DNA of 64,000 nucleotides, taken from assembly GCF_009914755.1 (NCBI RefSeq), contig NC_060932.1; one strand, written 5' to 3'. Of the stretch, positions 1-15,937 are shown in pieces (the stretch's first letter is position 1; the number at the start of each line of letters is the position of its first letter). The notes beneath the pieces were generated by a model that searched no databases, was not told the origin of the DNA, and worked only from the letters and a program-made list of their open reading frames with translations. Source of the stretch: the human T2T-CHM13v2.0 reference genome, Homo sapiens. The translations under genes were made by a program, and so were the position numbers.

Positions 1-399
1 GATCCAATAGTTTTCTTGCTTTAGTCTAGGAATGTACTAGTTTTAGGAGACTTTGCTCTGGAGATTACAGGTTAGCCCATCTTATAAACTTGACTGAAGC
101 AGAACCACTGTAACTGAGTTCGATTTTGTCAAATAGCCAAAAGTTTACTAGTCTTGCTTCCCTTCCAAAAAACTCTTCTGATACAAATAAAGTTGTTCTT
201 TCCATACAGCCTTCACTTTAGTTGGCCTGCATTTCTTTTTTAACCTGGCTTTCAGTTATTTTGTGTTTGTGTTCCAATATTTTCTTGCATCCTTGCCAAA
301 CAAACTCTGCTGTTTAAGATGGGTGATGGTACTTTCTTATTATAATAACTGTTTACTGAGATATACTAGTATTATGTTAGTACTAGTACTATGTTATCT

Positions 400-600
400 G
401 TGTCTTGTACTGTTGAAGGCACACTTTGCATACACTAACCTATTACTTACAACGGCCTTGCAAAGGAGATGAGAGTATCCCTATTTTACTGATGAGAAAG
501 CTGAGTTTCCAAAAGTGACTTGCCCAAGATTACTCAGCTTTCAAAGGAAGGATTTGGATTCAAACCAACATCTGTCACACTCCAAAAAGCCTGTACTTTT
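400..600 (-). mobile_element. MIR SINE
   Basis: Reverse-complement MIR core: attttactgatgagaaagctgag...aagtgacttgcccaagatt...ggattcaaacc. Confidence 0.65.
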
Positions 601-1460
601 TCTGCTAAGTTCTGATTCCTTACTCTATTCTGCTGTCTTAGGTCTTCTGTTTCCTCGACAATTATTTTTCTGCTACTTTAAATGCATCCCAAGTAAGAAT
701 TTTTCAACTCTTCAAGGACTATGCTAAAAGCAGTCACAGGATGATAAAAATGCTACTACTGTGTCCCATAACAAAGCTGTGTTGTCAAGATTCAAGTTTT
801 ATCCCTATCATCTGCTATATTTTGAAACAAATTTGCAAAAGAACACTGCCTGGTCTGAACCTATTTTTATTTTAATTTCAGCTGAAGAGATACAACTGCC
901 CAAACTGATTAAATTAAAATGCAGTTTAGACTTGAGAAAGTTGCATGTGGAAAGGAAGAAAATATACAATTTATCATATATGGGTTCTAAATATTCCAGC
1001 TGTGCAAGATACATTTGGGTGTCTGCAGTTATTTGCAAACTGAATTGTCTTTGTTTTTCAGGATAACGAGGATTTATTCATTGCCGTATTAACTAATCTC
1101 GACCAAATATTCGTTGTCCACCCCCAAATTTGTGTAACTTTTCAAAAGGCTGAGATACAAATGCCTTTTGTTTAGGGTGAAGACTTCAACTGAGCCTAAT
1201 GTTAATAGTTTCCCCATCCAGTTACATATAACAAGATACACAGTCCATTTGGCTCTTGTTCCAGGCTGTGGGCATCATATGAGAAGTTTTCAGAAATTAG
1301 TTTGGCGAAATTTCTTGCTTTTGAGATCTCTGAAGCAACCAGTTAAAAATCAGTAATGGCTAATTAGATTGTTTTCATTGTGTTTCTTTTAACTTTACTG
1401 TATCAGGCTCTTCTTTTAGCAGTTTTCAGCATCTTAGTCCTCTTTTCAGGCTGCATAAAT

Positions 1461-1768
1461 TAGTGGTTTCCAAAGTATCTTTGGGGGAAGCTTGTCCCAA
1501 GAGGTGTTCTGCAATGAATGAGTTTTATAATCAAATAAATTTGGGAAATGCTACATTGTACAGTTCAATGTAGTTGCAATGTGCAAAAGCATAATAAGGG
1601 CTCTGAGGGATGCAGTAGTAAAGACATATGTTTAATTTGTTTTAATCTAATTTTTCTAAAATTTTTTAAAATCAAAGACCACCCTCTCTTTTTTTTTGTT
1701 GTTTCTTTTTTTTCTTTTAAATTAACACCTGTTAAATCTCACAGTAAGTTTCACTTTGGAAAACACTG
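1461..1768. mobile_element. MER103C-like hAT-Charlie DNA transposon fossil
   Basis: Terminal inverted ends tagtggtttccaaagt / cactttggaaaacactg; internal tcaaataaatttgggaaatgct and aagggctctgag...gtaaagacatatgtttaa. Confidence 0.6.
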
Positions 1769-1954
1769 ACCTAGGCCATTGCAAGGTCAAGGGGACACTT
1801 TGTTCCCATAGCCTATCTGTAGTGCGCCACTGGCTAGTTTTGACAGGCAAACTCACCAAAACTCCAGATTTCAAGTGAGACTCCTGGCACAGTGGTTGAT
1901 GGATATGTAGGCACTCATGAAATGTTCACTGAGTAAATAATTTTTTCTTTTAAG

Positions 1955-2260
1955 TTTTTTTAATTAAAAAAGTTCTTGATTTTTGTTGCACATATTTAAA
2001 GTGTATGACATGATATTTTGATATACATATGCATAGTGAAATGATTACTACAGTCAAACAGACTAACATATCCATCTCCTTACATACTTTTCTTTTTTTT
2101 GGTGGTGGTGGTGGTAAAAGCACCTGAAATCTACTCTCTTAGCAAATTTCCAGTATGCAATACAATATTATTAACTCCAGTCTTCATGCTGTACATTAGA
2201 GCTGTAGAGCTATTTATCCTACAGAGCTGCAACTTTGACCAACATCTCCCCATTTCCCCC
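1955..2260 (-). mobile_element. Old L1 (L1MA/MB) 3' end
   Basis: catagtgaaatgattactacagtcaa, aaatctactctcttagcaaatttccagtatgcaatac, atgctgtacattaga typical of antisense L1MA9/MB 3'UTR. Confidence 0.75.
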
Positions 2261-2264
2261 TTTC

Positions 2265-2605
2265 TCTTTGGAATAGTTTTAAATTTACAGAAAAGCTATA
2301 AAGTTAGTACAGAGTTCTTATATTACCACCCTCTGCTCTTCCAGTTTCCCCTGCGTTAGCATCTTTTGTTAGTAATGGTAGATTTGTCACAATTAATCAA
2401 TATTGACACATTATTATTAACCAAGGTCAATGTTTTATTCGGATCTCTTTAGTGTTTACCTAATATCCTTTTCCTGTCCCAGGATCCCATCCAAGATCCC
2501 ACATTACATTTCATCATCATGTCTCCTTAGACTCCTCTTGGCTGTGATTGTTTCTCAGACTTGCTTTGTTTTTTGTGATCTTGACAGTTTTGAGGACTAC
2601 TGGTT
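2265..2605 (-). mobile_element. Old L1 (L1MC-type) 3' end
   Basis: aaatttacagaaaag...agtacagagttc; tcccaggatcccatccaagatcccacattacattt; cttgacagttttgaggactactgg. Confidence 0.7.
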
Positions 2606-2789
2606 AGAATGATTCCTTTTAATTTTTTCCTTTTGCCCCTTTTGTTATTTGATTTGCGGCAGTTAATAATTGACAATAAACCACTGGGATATGCTTCTCA
2701 GATTGTGAGTAGACTTGTAAACAAACTCCTACAAATGTGAAATTTAGAACCCCTGGATTGGGAGAGCCAAGAGCATAAGCCAATTCTAA

Positions 2790-3167
<378 letters not shown>

Positions 3168-3299
3168 TTTACTCTTCTTTTTGCTTGTACTGCTTTGCTT
3201 TTTGCTTTTGTGATTTTTCTCTTTTACCTTGGGAAATGAGATTTTTCAGCTTCTTACATCCCCCTGTGAGTCCTGTTTAGATTCAATCTCCCCTCTGTA

Positions 3300-3900
3300 T
3301 CAAAGCCCAGTGGGACCTGACTTTGGCAAACACTTGTGCTCTTGGGGTCTTCATCTCTGCTCTGTCTTAAAATGGAGAAATGCTTTGCTAGGCTTATTCT
3401 GGTCTTTTAGCAATCCCTATTTCTGAGCTTCGAATCTTGCTATGAGGTCCTTAGGTACCAAGGTTTTGCAGCTCTTCTCTGGTATTAACATTACAAAGGC
3501 TTGTCTTTCTGTTGATCAAATAAGACATGTTAATCAAGTGAAGATGCAGGCTTTTAAAAATATTTAAATAATGTCCTTGGCTTTTTCTACCAGGGCTGTC
3601 CTTGTTGATTTTTATAGTCTTTCAACATTACAATTGTAATGCTAAAAAAAATTGCTGTTTCTTTCTTTTTTAAGGGATTCAATGACTTCTTTTAGATAAT
3701 TCTAACTCTGTAGCTTTGTTTGCCAGACAGTCAAATCTTGCCAAGAGTTTTGAGCTCATCCCTGTCAACTGGTTAGTTCCTAAACTGAGTAAATATTAAA
3801 CTTTTTCAACAATAGTTGCTTGATCAATCCTCTTCCCTAGCTGGCGTTATTGCCTCTTGCTGCCATCTTGTCAAAACTGTTAAAGCTTTCTTGAGGAGGA
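3300..3900 (-). mobile_element. Possible heavily decayed L1-type ORF1 relic (old L1M/HAL1-like)
   Basis: Minus-strand translation around 3515-3355 reads STERQAFVMLIPEKSCKTLVPKDLIARFEAQK*GLLKD, loosely like the ORF1p RRM motif IERAHR...PRxIIARF...K..ILK; coil-like peptide upstream. Confidence 0.3.
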
Positions 3901-4014
3901 GATGATATGCTTATGTCAGTTGCAGAAAAAGCAGGAGTATTTATAAATTTCTGTTAAATGTTTCCCTTTCTGGCTTTTGATGGATTCTCCTGTCTGGAAC
4001 AAACTTCTTTATGA

Positions 4015-4391
<377 letters not shown>

Positions 4392-4560
4392 TAGTTCCAC
4401 CTTCTCCTTACTTGCTCTTCCATGCTGGGATAAGGTGTGATTAAATCAAATAAAATGAAAGTGTGGAGACCACTGTGCACTTGCAAACTTTCCAGGGAGT
4501 ATTGGCTGTTTGTTAATTAAAAGAATTTCCAACCTGGGACTACATTTGGGAAAAGAGTGA

Positions 4561-4901
<341 letters not shown>

Positions 4902-4950
4902 TGGTTGAGTATTCCTAAGTGAGGAGGCTTCTGCTGTGATTTGCTTATAC

Positions 4951-5288
4951 CAGGGGCTGGCAAACTTATTCCGTGAAGGGCCAGATGGGAACTATTTTAG
5001 GCTGGCGGGCCATACGGTCTCTGTTGCAACTACTCAGCATGGCCATTGTAACAGGAAAGCAGCCATAGACACTATGTAAATAAATGAGCATGGTTGTGTT
5101 CCAATAAAACTTTATTTATGGACACTGAAGTTTGAATTTCATACAGTTTTTTGTGTGTCATGAAATAATATTCTTCCTTTGATTTTTTTTTTCAAAAATG
5201 TAAACGCCATTCTTATTTCATGAACCACACAAAACCAGGGGGAGGGATGAACGTGGCTGGCCTGTAGGTTCTAGTTTGTGGACCCCTG
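4951..5288 (+). mobile_element. MER58B hAT-Charlie MITE
   Basis: caggggctggcaaact...tgaagggccagat...ccaataaaactttatttatggacactgaa...tagtttgtggacccctg; TIRs present. Confidence 0.85.
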
Positions 5289-5589
5289 GCCTGTGCCAAG
5301 AGTTCAAGATCTTTCTTATACCAACCAGTCAACCAACTACCAAACTAACAACAAACAAACCATGCGGCAGGGTTAAAGTGGTTAAAGGAGTTCAGGGAGG
5401 GTGTCTTATAGAGGATTTTGTCACTTGGGTAGATAAAGATTCCCTCTCCGGTCGGAGGGAACCCTGGCATGAAGGGACAGAGCTGTGCCACATGCCTTGG
5501 GCCTGGTAAGGCTAGAGGGTGTTAGCTGGGGCCACTGACACAGGAACACAGCACCTCATGGGCACCCTTCTATTAAAAACACTACCTTT

Positions 5590-5900
<311 letters not shown>

Positions 5901-5914
5901 CTATCTTTTATGAA

Positions 5915-6080
5915 GCATTCACTGTGTGCTAGCTACTTTCCTTGAAATTTCTGATTTACTCTTCACTCTCCTATCCAGTAAGTGTGATTGTCCATCTATA
6001 AGGGATATAGAGCTGTTGAATGCCTTGCCAGAGTCACATAGCCACTAAGTGGCAAAAGTAGGATTTGAACCCTGGCCTAG
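5915..6080 (-). mobile_element. MIR
   Basis: cttgccagagtcacatagccactaagtggcaaaagtaggatttgaaccctgg. Confidence 0.6.
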
Positions 6081-6324
6081 CATACCCCCTAGTTGCCTTC
6101 CTTTCCCTGCTCCATATTGCTATTTCTAGGAAAGATCACAGAAAATCAAGGCAGTTACTGTCTCTATAATCTCATTCTGTCAGGACCACCCAAAAGTAAG
6201 CTTCACCATTCCAAATAGGAAACAGCTTTTCAAGGTTGCCCAGTAGCTGTAAGGATCAGCAGTCCTTCTAAGTTGCTGACTTCCTTCACGTGTTACTTTA
6301 AGGAAGGAGGCAAAAGACATAGAA

Positions 6325-6535
6325 TGGGAAAGAGCACTTGAGCTTGACTCCTGGCTCCTGTTTACCACCTGTGGGACCTTGACCTTGGGTGATGCATTTA
6401 ACTCCATGAGGCTGTTTCCTTATCTGAAAAATGAAGAATAACAGTAACTGCCCAGCTGGGTTGTGAGAATTAAATGAAATGTGGGTGCAAGCCACCTGCA
6501 TGGTGCTTGTCACAAAGGAGGTACTCAATCAATAC
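6325..6535 (+). mobile_element. MIR
   Basis: tgaccttggg...tgtttccttatctgaaaaatgaagaataacagta...ggttgtgagaattaaatga...ggtactcaatcaata. Confidence 0.7.
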
Positions 6536-6561
6536 TGACACCCTTCAAGCAGTCATTGTTT

Positions 6562-6830
6562 TCTCATTCATGCTATTAGCATCTGTTGAGTGGCTATTAT
6601 GTGCCAGGCACCTTGAGATAAACAGATGAGTCATAGTTCCTGCCTCCAAGGAGCTGACAGTCTAGCAGAGTAACAGGCATATATACAACCAAGCTTGACA
6701 AAGTGCCACAGGAATATGTGGGGGTCACAGTGAAAGCACAAAGGAAGGACTGGATATTTCTCAGTGGATGGATGAGAGGCACAGAATAGGCTTCAGTGAG
6801 GAGGTAACAGAGTTTATATCTAGGTAACTC
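6562..6830 (-). mobile_element. L2 3' fragment
   Basis: ttgagtggctattatgtgccaggcac...cctgcctccaaggagctgacagtctag. Confidence 0.7.
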
Positions 6831-7917
6831 AAGCTGATCCTGCACGATTTCTGTGGCTGATCACTCACCAACATAAATCTTGTCTCATGGAAAAAACACA
6901 AAGAACAACAACAAAAAAAAAACAATACAAAAAAACTTTTCCTAAAAGGACTTAAAAAATTCTATGAAAATTTTGGAAAGCAAAACAGGAAACCCAGTTA
7001 TAGGCAAGGGCAAACACTCCTTGCTTCTCAAGTCTCTTTTGCTTGTTGCAGGCAATGTTTCCTGCCAGGATGTTGATCAAAGAGAGGAACAGCCTGAACG
7101 AGAGTCATTTGTTCCTTGTGAGCTTCTTTAAAAAGAATCTGATTTCATTTTTTGCACATTCTCTGTGGCTTTAGGAAACACCTCCTATAAAAATAGAAAT
7201 ACGCAAAAGAGGTTCGGGAAGAAGTGATTCCTTCTGGGACTAAACTGTCCGTATGTGACATTGGCATACTGCCTTGAGTTTGCAGAGTAGATAACACATT
7301 ACAGTGCAAGGGTGCTGGGGGCAGGCTGCCTGGGTTTGAGTTCTGGTTCTACCATTTACTAGTTACGTGACCTTATGGTTTTTGGGAGAGACGAGATGAT
7401 ACATGTAAAGTGATTACCATGTATCACGATAATCTGGCCCAAGAATTGTTAACATTTTCCTGTCAGTTCTAGTTTGGAGACTTGTCTTGGATTCCCCCAT
7501 CCCAACCCACAGAATTCTGCAGTTGAGTGGGAAGGTCAGGAAGAAGGGGTCAGACATGGTGCCACCTCAGGCTAAGTTCATAGAAGGAGACTTTGTAATA
7601 GAACTCAAAATCAAAAAGAAGAGGGAAACTTTTATAGGGTAGTAGGTATAGGTAACCCAGAGTTAGTTTAACAGGAAAGACATATGACCTGGTGAGTGCT
7701 AATGGCAGACGACTGATCAGAAAAATGACACCTTCAGTGAAAGCCACTAGAGGAAAGGAAATACTGTGGAGATGGCCCAATTAGAGAAGTAGTAATGTTG
7801 ACTCCTGGGTGGATTTCCCCTCCCAGGGGAGAGCTACAGACACCCTCTGAGTCAAAGATGAGTAAAGCCCGGGAAGTGTGAGGGGTGGGGAAACAAAGCA
7901 AATACAACTTTCACAGG

Positions 7918-8100
7918 TTTATTTACTTATTTATTTATTTTATTTTATTTTTTGTAAGACACAGGGTCTTGCTCTGTCACCTGGGCTGGAGTGCAGTGAC
8001 ATGATCATAGCTCACTGAAGATTCAACCTCCCAGTGATCCTCCCACCTCAGCCTCCTAAGTAGCTGCGAATACAAGCACTAGCTACCATGCCTGGCTAAT
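7918..8100 (-). mobile_element. AluJ right monomer / FRAM
   Basis: (TTTA)n tail, acagggtcttgctctgtcacc...gatcatagctcactg...ccatgcctggctaat; left arm absent. Confidence 0.85.
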
Positions 8101-8489
8101 GAGATGGATCTTGAAAGATGTAGAGAACATTGACAGGCAGAAGTGGGGACAGCTTCCTTTTTAAGGAGAAGGGCAGTCCCAACCAAGCAGAGGGAGTAGT
8201 AGAGAGAAGGCTGGGGAGGCAGGGTGGGTGCGGCTCATGGAGACCTTCTATACTGGGCCAAGGAAGTGTCACTTGGTTTGAGGGAAATGGGAAGGCATTG
8301 AAGATTCGCAAACATGGGTGGCAGGGTGTGGGTGACATGATTCAGCTGGGACTTTCAGAGATCATTTATCAACTACATGTGGGACAAATTGTGAGGAAGA
8401 AAGAATGAGTAAGGAGAAGTTACAAAACATTTTTAATAGGGTAGGTGAGAGATCATACTATAGAATATAATTTTATTTTTTGTATTACT

Positions 8490-9238
<749 letters not shown>

Positions 9239-10474
9239 ATGTTATAAAAATCAAAGAAACAAAGATAAGAGACTATAATTTCATAATCACTGAAAATTAT
9301 TCTTTGGATCTTAATGAAAAGAAAATTTTAAGTGAAGGTTGTTTCCTAGAATCTTGCCTTAAAGCTGATTACCCTTGAGACAAAATAATCCCTCACTCCC
9401 AGATAACACTGGATTTGACTCAAGTGGCCAAGGCTATCCAAGGCGGTGAGAGGGTCAGTTTGTCCAGGTCTTCATGACCCTGCCTTAGTAATCCTCTCTG
9501 AGTTGTTTCAATAGGAAAGTAAATTCCATTATCATCAAGCATTGCTAAATTCAGGGAATTGTAAACCAACAATGTGTAAGCATTGTGAAAGCTCTGTCCT
9601 TAACAGAAGTCCAGCTTTGCAGTAATGTCCACACTCCATTTCCTTGGCTCTGAAGTCAAGCAGCCAGCTTCCTTGGTGCACATCTCATCATAGGCAGCCT
9701 GGTGCATCTCTCTCCTCTACTTTCTTCCCTGACCGCCACTGCCTGCAGAATCTTCTTAAGGCACGATTGACAACATCTGACTGTGCTCCACATGTTCTCA
9801 TGGTTCTCAAATGCTCACTACCTTAAAACAACTCCTTGGCCTGGCCTCCCAGATCCTCCAAAATCTTACCCACCCTCCCAATTCAACCAGATGTTCCTCT
9901 GAGATATGGCGATTGCATTCTGGGATTTTGGGGAAAATGGGAAGGCATTTTGTACTCTTCCTCCTTCACTCTGTGCCCTTTGCCTCTTGTTGCTATCACT
10001 AGTTGATTGGTGGTCCATTCACTTAAGTGACATATGGAGCTTTGTGCTTAAAATAGAGATGGATTTCCAACTGGAATGCTAAGAACCCCAGAGAAGAAAC
10101 ATGCCTGTGTTTAAATGTATGAAATTATATTTATAATGATAAGTATATACTCACTACTAGCATGAGGAAATAAATCAATGTCCCAACCGGAAAAATTTAA
10201 AATTTTAAGTATAAACAAACCATTATTTCTTTCTTAACTTTATTAAGGATAAAGCTATCTTGATTCTGTCTTATTCCAATTGATTCTCACTTATTTTAAT
10301 CCAGGAAGGCTTTGGAATTTGATTGTCATGTTCTCACTGCTCTTCCATTGCTGTTATGATTCATAACCCACTCATTCATTCATTTATTCAACAAATACTT
10401 ATTCAGTGTCACTTATGGGTTGCTGAAGATACGTTAGAAAATGTTCCAGCTTTCATGGCATTTACATTCTAGAG

Positions 10475-10617
10475 CAGTGGGTCTTATCCACAGACGATTT
10501 TGTCACCCCTGGGGGCTGGGGGGAAATGTGGCAATTTCTGGAGATAGTTTTGATTTTCATGAGTTGGGGAGGGGCATTACTGTCATCTAGATGGTAGAGT
10601 CCTGTGATGCTGTCAAT
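10475..10617 (+). mobile_element. MER20 DNA transposon (partial)
   Basis: cagtgg...gacgattttgtcacccc...tgtggcaatttctggagatagttttg...ctgtcatctagatggtagag...gatgctg. Confidence 0.75.
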
Positions 10618-12274
10618 GTAGCCCCACTTTTCCACACCCCATACTGGAGCACTGTATCCCCACCCCCACACCTCAGAACTTGATATAAGCTGCTCCTGTC
10701 CTTCACCGGGTTCACAGTTAAGATGATTATCACATGATAGGCACCAAGACGCCAGGTGTCTATTCCACCTGTTCTTCAAGAGCATCCACTTCCCCAAGGG
10801 CCTCTCTGTTCCTTCTCCTGTCCCTTTGTCCCTTGGTGGTGGGGACACTGGCCTTATTTAGTGTCTGTTCTGCTCTCTATCTCAGCACCAAGTGGCCAGA
10901 CATCTCCATTATGGTGTAGCCTCTCCATTGTCCTCTTACGTCTTCTTATGTGCACCCTCTGTCCACACAGGGCCCTGCTACCCATCTTGAATCTCTGTCA
11001 GACCCATATCCTGTTGCTGGGCCCTACCCCTGCTCCTCTTTGCCCTGTTTTAGACAGAAATCCAGGAATGACCCTGATTCTGCCCATTAGTCTCACTACC
11101 TCTTTCCCATATGACTCGACAGCTTACCTCTGGGAGGAAGTAGACTTCCAAGCAAGTCCCTTCCTCTGGGGACTGCAGCTCAGGTTCCGGTTTCTTAGCT
11201 CCTCTTGGCTTCTTGCTCTTTGTTGCCCCTCTACCCCTGGCCCTTACACTTAAAATGTGTTTTAGGCCTTCAAGCTTAGTCTATAAACCTGGTTATTTTA
11301 TTTGTAAATATAGTGATTTTTATATAAAAATGAGAACAATTGCTTTTCTTGTTTGATTAGTGTTCAATCAACTTACAAACTTAAAAACATTAAATTTCTT
11401 CAAACTGACCATCTTTATACATGTAAAAAGATTTCCTAAAATATTTTTAACTATCTTTACAAATTTAATAACTTTGACTTTCTCAAACACTTCAAATGCC
11501 TGATGGGGCAATATTTACAAACAAAGCAAGAAAAATCTTTCAATATCTCAATGAACTCTTGTAATAATACTAGTTTATACATGTAGTAAATTAGATTCTT
11601 CTGAATATTCAAACACTTTTAAAGAACATATTCAATTATTCTGCAACTTTCAAGTGAAAATTACAAATTGAGTATTAGTTTATCATTCCAAAATAAAATC
11701 GTAAGGCTAATATGTCAGATTATCTTAATCATTTTAAGCTGCTTAAATAACAAAAACAAGCTGATTGCAATGATTACAAAACTTACTCCTAAAGCTTAAC
11801 ACAAAGTATTGATACTATGAGTTTGATTGGCTTCAACGTCCATTTTCTACACCTTTTCCATTGAAACAAAGTTATTTTTACAAGTCAAGGGGAGCAAGAA
11901 GGTATTTCATGCAGGCTGGAGTTATTTGTATAACTGAGATACTGATGATCAGTTAGATTGTAAAACTGGGAGTTTTTCCAGGATGGTTTTATCCGAGCAA
12001 CAGATTAAACACACTGAGCTTCCTTTTATAGTTGGCTTGGTTCTGCCTACTGTGTCACCAGGGAAGGAGTGTGCTATGTGTCCCCAGAGCATTTTTCAAA
12101 TTTCACCCTCATCCTATTTTTATCATAACTTCTTTCACAATTTAACACATAATTTGGGTAGGTAGAATTCTGCAGACTACCTTGGCATGTAGTCTATCTT
12201 TTTGTTAACTGAATTTTCTCTCCCTCCTCAGGTTGTAAAATTCTTTTTCTTTTGCCTTCTTATCTGTTTCATTG

Positions 12275-12655
12275 TTGCAGAGATTGACTAAGTCTTCATC
12301 AAATCTGTTTTTCTTTGCTTCTTGGGCACAGAGCTAGACTCCATTTCCCAGCTTCCCTTGCAGTGAGTGTGGCCATGTGACTGAATTTGGGCCAATGAAA
12401 TATGAGTGGCCTGACCCCCTATCCTCTTTTGCAGGCTTGATGCAGGGCAGCAGGGCGATCTTGGAAGCTCCATATTGAAGATGGTGGAGCCACAGTTTGA
12501 AAGGAGTCTGGGTTGGAGGAGAGCTACAGGCAGATCAGGAACACCCATCTTGGATTTGACCTGAGTGAAAAATAAACTGCAATCATTATGTTAAAACACT
12601 TACATATTTGGGGGGATTTTTTGTTTATCTTGTGAAAATGCTCATTAACCTCTAT
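12275..12655 (+). mobile_element. MLT1 (I/J-like) MaLR solo LTR
   Basis: catttcccagcttcccttgcagtgagtgtggccatgtgactgaatttgggccaatg; gaagatggtggagccaca; tgagtgaaaaataaact poly(A) region. Confidence 0.8.
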
Positions 12656-13479
12656 TGTCATAATAAAAATCCTTAAAGTTGGTGCTAAAAATAAATGCAA
12701 TTTTGAAAATTCATGTGATGTTAGTTACTACTGCATATCCTGAGTCAACGCTAGAAAACATCAAGTGAAGCAGAGGGTGTATTATGGGACAGAGTCACTC
12801 TTGGATGTTACATAAAAATCTGACTGAATTAACTCAATCTTTTTTAATAGGAACTAATGTCATGTGACTTGTGTACCTTTTTAAATAACTTTTTTAAAAA
12901 GCAACCAAGAAAACAAAAATAAGCAGCCCATTGACAATTAAATCACCTACAATATTCATGAGATTAAAATAAACCTGTGGCTCAGTTACAAATATTTGGG
13001 CTCCCATGAGCAGACAGAAATTTTCCCCCAAGGGTCCTAATAAACAGGAAATTACATGATACAATAGACTCATATCCTTAGTAGACAAAACAATGTCAAC
13101 TACCCAGACTCTCCTAAAGAAACCACACACACATGTTCAAGGGAGTAATTAAAAAAATTTAAAAACATAGGTTTCTTTTTTCTTCTAAAAAGTATACTTT
13201 TCTTTAAAATGGTAAGGGTGTCTTAGTGCGATGAAGATCAATAAGGCCTCCATTTTTTTTTCTAGTTTGGTTATTTCACACTCTGCTTTTGGCATTTGAG
13301 GTTGCTAAGGTTATGGGTTTCTAAAAGTATTGTCCTTATGCACAAACGGACCTGTCATCAAACAGCTTTTGACCCTATGCAGTCAGAGTTTCCCTTTCCT
13401 TCTCCCACACCAACTAATTCTGCCATGTGTGGGTTGCAAGTGCACCAGGCAACAGTTTAATCTAAATGAAGTGATCACA

Positions 13480-13952
<473 letters not shown>

Positions 13953-13994
13953 TTAGAGTAAATACTAGTAAAGCAAAATTCTTTCCATGAACTA

Positions 13995-14403
13995 TATCTG
14001 TTAGCAAAACTCTGACTAAAAGTAAATTCCACAAATAGGGGTTTATGTTTCTCAAACAACATGAAGGTTAAAAGTACAACAATGGTGCTGATTCATCAGC
14101 TCAGTGATGTGATGCCAGAGCTAACAATTTGACAGTTCTCTTGGCCTTTCCTTATCATAACAAGATGACTGCCTCAAGAAGGCTGCTGTGGCTCCAGGCA
14201 TCACACCACTTTCAAGGAAGAGGAGAAGAAGGGGGTCACACTGGGAATATTTCCCCCTTTTATCAGAAAAGTAAAAGCTTTGTATGTGTAACTATGTCAT
14301 ATGTTTTTCCTAGCTGCAAGAGAGGCTGAAAAAAGCATTTTAGAATTGGAGGTAGGCAAGTGGCAATGAGAAGGTATATCAGCCCAACAACAGTGGGTGC
14401 CAC
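13995..14403 (-). mobile_element. Old MLT1 (K-O type) LTR
   Basis: tcagctcagtgatgt, caagatgactgc...gctccaggcatcacacc, cttttatcagaaaagtaaaagct, cctagctgcaagagaggctg. Confidence 0.6.
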
Positions 14404-14812
14404 TGAGTGCATGGCTGGCAGTACTCATGCTTTGTTGATCTCATTATAATGAATTCTTGAAGCCAGATAATGTACACAACACAGCATGCTTTCTCAGCCC
14501 ACGTTCATATAAGAATCATGTAGAACTTCATGTTTTAGAGGAAAATAATGCTGAACATTCCCATTAATTATGTCTTGCCATCAAGTAAGTAGTGACTATC
14601 CTTCAGGCCATCTCCTCCCTCCCTATCTCAAACACTCAAATATTCACAATTAAATTCTACTTAAACTCTCCAAGAAAACCCACCAAATTACCCATGAACT
14701 TGGACGAGGAAAATCCTCCTGGTTCCTGAACATCACATCTATTCCAAAGAAGAATCTTCAAAGTCAGCTAGCAAAGAAATTGTAGAAAGTAACACATATA
14801 AAAAAGAAAATT

Positions 14813-15137
<325 letters not shown>

Positions 15138-15937
15138 AAATAAAATTACACAAAAATTTTGAATGCCCAGTGTAACTTCCTAAAAGAGATCAGTGCTTTG
15201 AAACATGAAGTGATCTTTCTTACCCCTTTATACGGTGATAAATCATAGCATATCTAGAATGAGTCCAGCTGGATCACTGCTTTACCCATTATAAAGCCTC
15301 CATATTTGGGGACATTTTATAAAACAAGGAAAGCACAGCAACTTCCTGCTGAAATAGAGCAGTGGCCCACCCTCCCCACATGACCCACCGCCAGGCTTCC
15401 CCAGGCTCTGCAGCAAGGCAGCACATTATATTTAGCCATAGCTTAAATGGGTCTGGTTTACCTCTGATTCCAAGCGGCATGTGCAACAGGGTATGCTCCA
15501 AAGTGAACCGTGCTTCAGAAGAGTGGGTTTGGTTATCACAGGCTACATTCAGTTGCAATTAGCAGAATGTCTAGCAGAATTTCTCCTCTGTGATACGTGT
15601 TTATATTTAAGCAAAAGCACCAGTTACAGAGTGGCCACTGGTACCATGACATCTCTGAGTTATATCACTATTAAAGACCTGACCAGGGGTCATAGTATCC
15701 CAGCTGAGTCTGAAAGCAGGGCCCCCTGTTATGGGGCCTCTCCCACTAAAGAGGGAAAAGGGAGCCTGTACGGGGCAAAACATTTGGGCCACGTGGTGAG
15801 TTCGTACAATGAAGCCTCCTAGACCTGTGTGCTCCCCAGCTCAGATATGCCTAAGCTCTACTTCCAGGAGGAAACCTTAGGAGGGAAAGACTCTTATCTC
15901 TCAGCCTGGAATCTACTTTAAAAAGCCCACATATGTC

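Noticed and set aside
10756-11253. 165-aa Leu/Pro/Ser-rich ORF
   Set aside because: Pyrimidine-rich sequence, non-ATG start, no recognisable domain.
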